A stretch of DNA of 64,000 nt from Octopus sinensis (Eukaryota). Shown here in pieces: positions 63,633 to 64,000 of the stretch; positions within the stretch are counted from its first letter, which is position 1; every line of letters begins with the position of its first letter. The notes under the pieces are model-generated. The model was not told the origin of the DNA, did not search any database, and worked only from the letters and a program-made list of their open reading frames with translations. Both the position numbers and the translations under genes were made by a program. The DNA is taken from NCBI RefSeq assembly GCF_006345805.1, contig NC_043003.1:106702001-106766000 (forward strand). Reading direction: 5' to 3'.

Positions 63633-64000
63633 GGTAAGCATTTAAAATATTCGCACACATAAACATATCCACATAAATATTTTGTTTCCTACTAATGTAC
63701 ATTAGAGTATGTATTTCATAAAAGACCTCTTGCAGCAATTTTAGGTTTCCTATAAATATCAATGCTGATACTCATATAAATATTGTGATATTGAACACAT
63801 ACGTGCACTGTTGCAAAGATGCAGCCAATATGATTATGTGGATTTGCATTAAAAATATTACTTTCCCTCCTAAATTTATATTTTGTATTTCAATGAGATA
63901 TCTTCTTCATTTTGAGAATAATAACTCATTGCTACGACTAACGTTTATTATTGGTGGTAGATAGGTGGTATTTTGTCTGCCGCTACATTCTAAGTTCAAA

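Overview
AT-rich eukaryotic genomic DNA, almost certainly from a coleoid cephalopod (Octopus): it is dominated by tRNA-derived SINE families of the octopus type, RTE and Tx1 LINE fragments, Tc1/mariner and piggyBac-like DNA elements, Penelope-like palindromic fragments and long microsatellites. Nearly every ORF in the supplied track is a repeat artefact. Hand inspection of splice signals gives a phase-consistent chain of 12 short minus-strand exons (28756->5639, 236 aa, no family recognised). A second speculative set of upstream exons (51979->39952) also fits in phase, and a SINE-free, CpG-richer block at about 31.95-37.43 kb looks like a promoter region. The gene model is tentative because chance exon-like signals are common in such DNA. 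The most interesting signals are in the repeats: (1) a tRNA-headed SINE family carrying a minimal type I hammerhead-ribozyme motif (copies at about 17.7, 25.0 and 29.6 kb); (2) at least three other unrelated hammerhead-like motifs in Penelope-like fragments (30.3/38.8, 42.1, 60.0 kb); (3) several near-perfect fold-back palindromes that would be dsRNA/ADAR substrates; (4) a Tx1-clade LINE inserted twice into (ATCT/ACCT)n microsatellite. All coordinates were read by eye; repeat boundaries are approximate (tens of bp).
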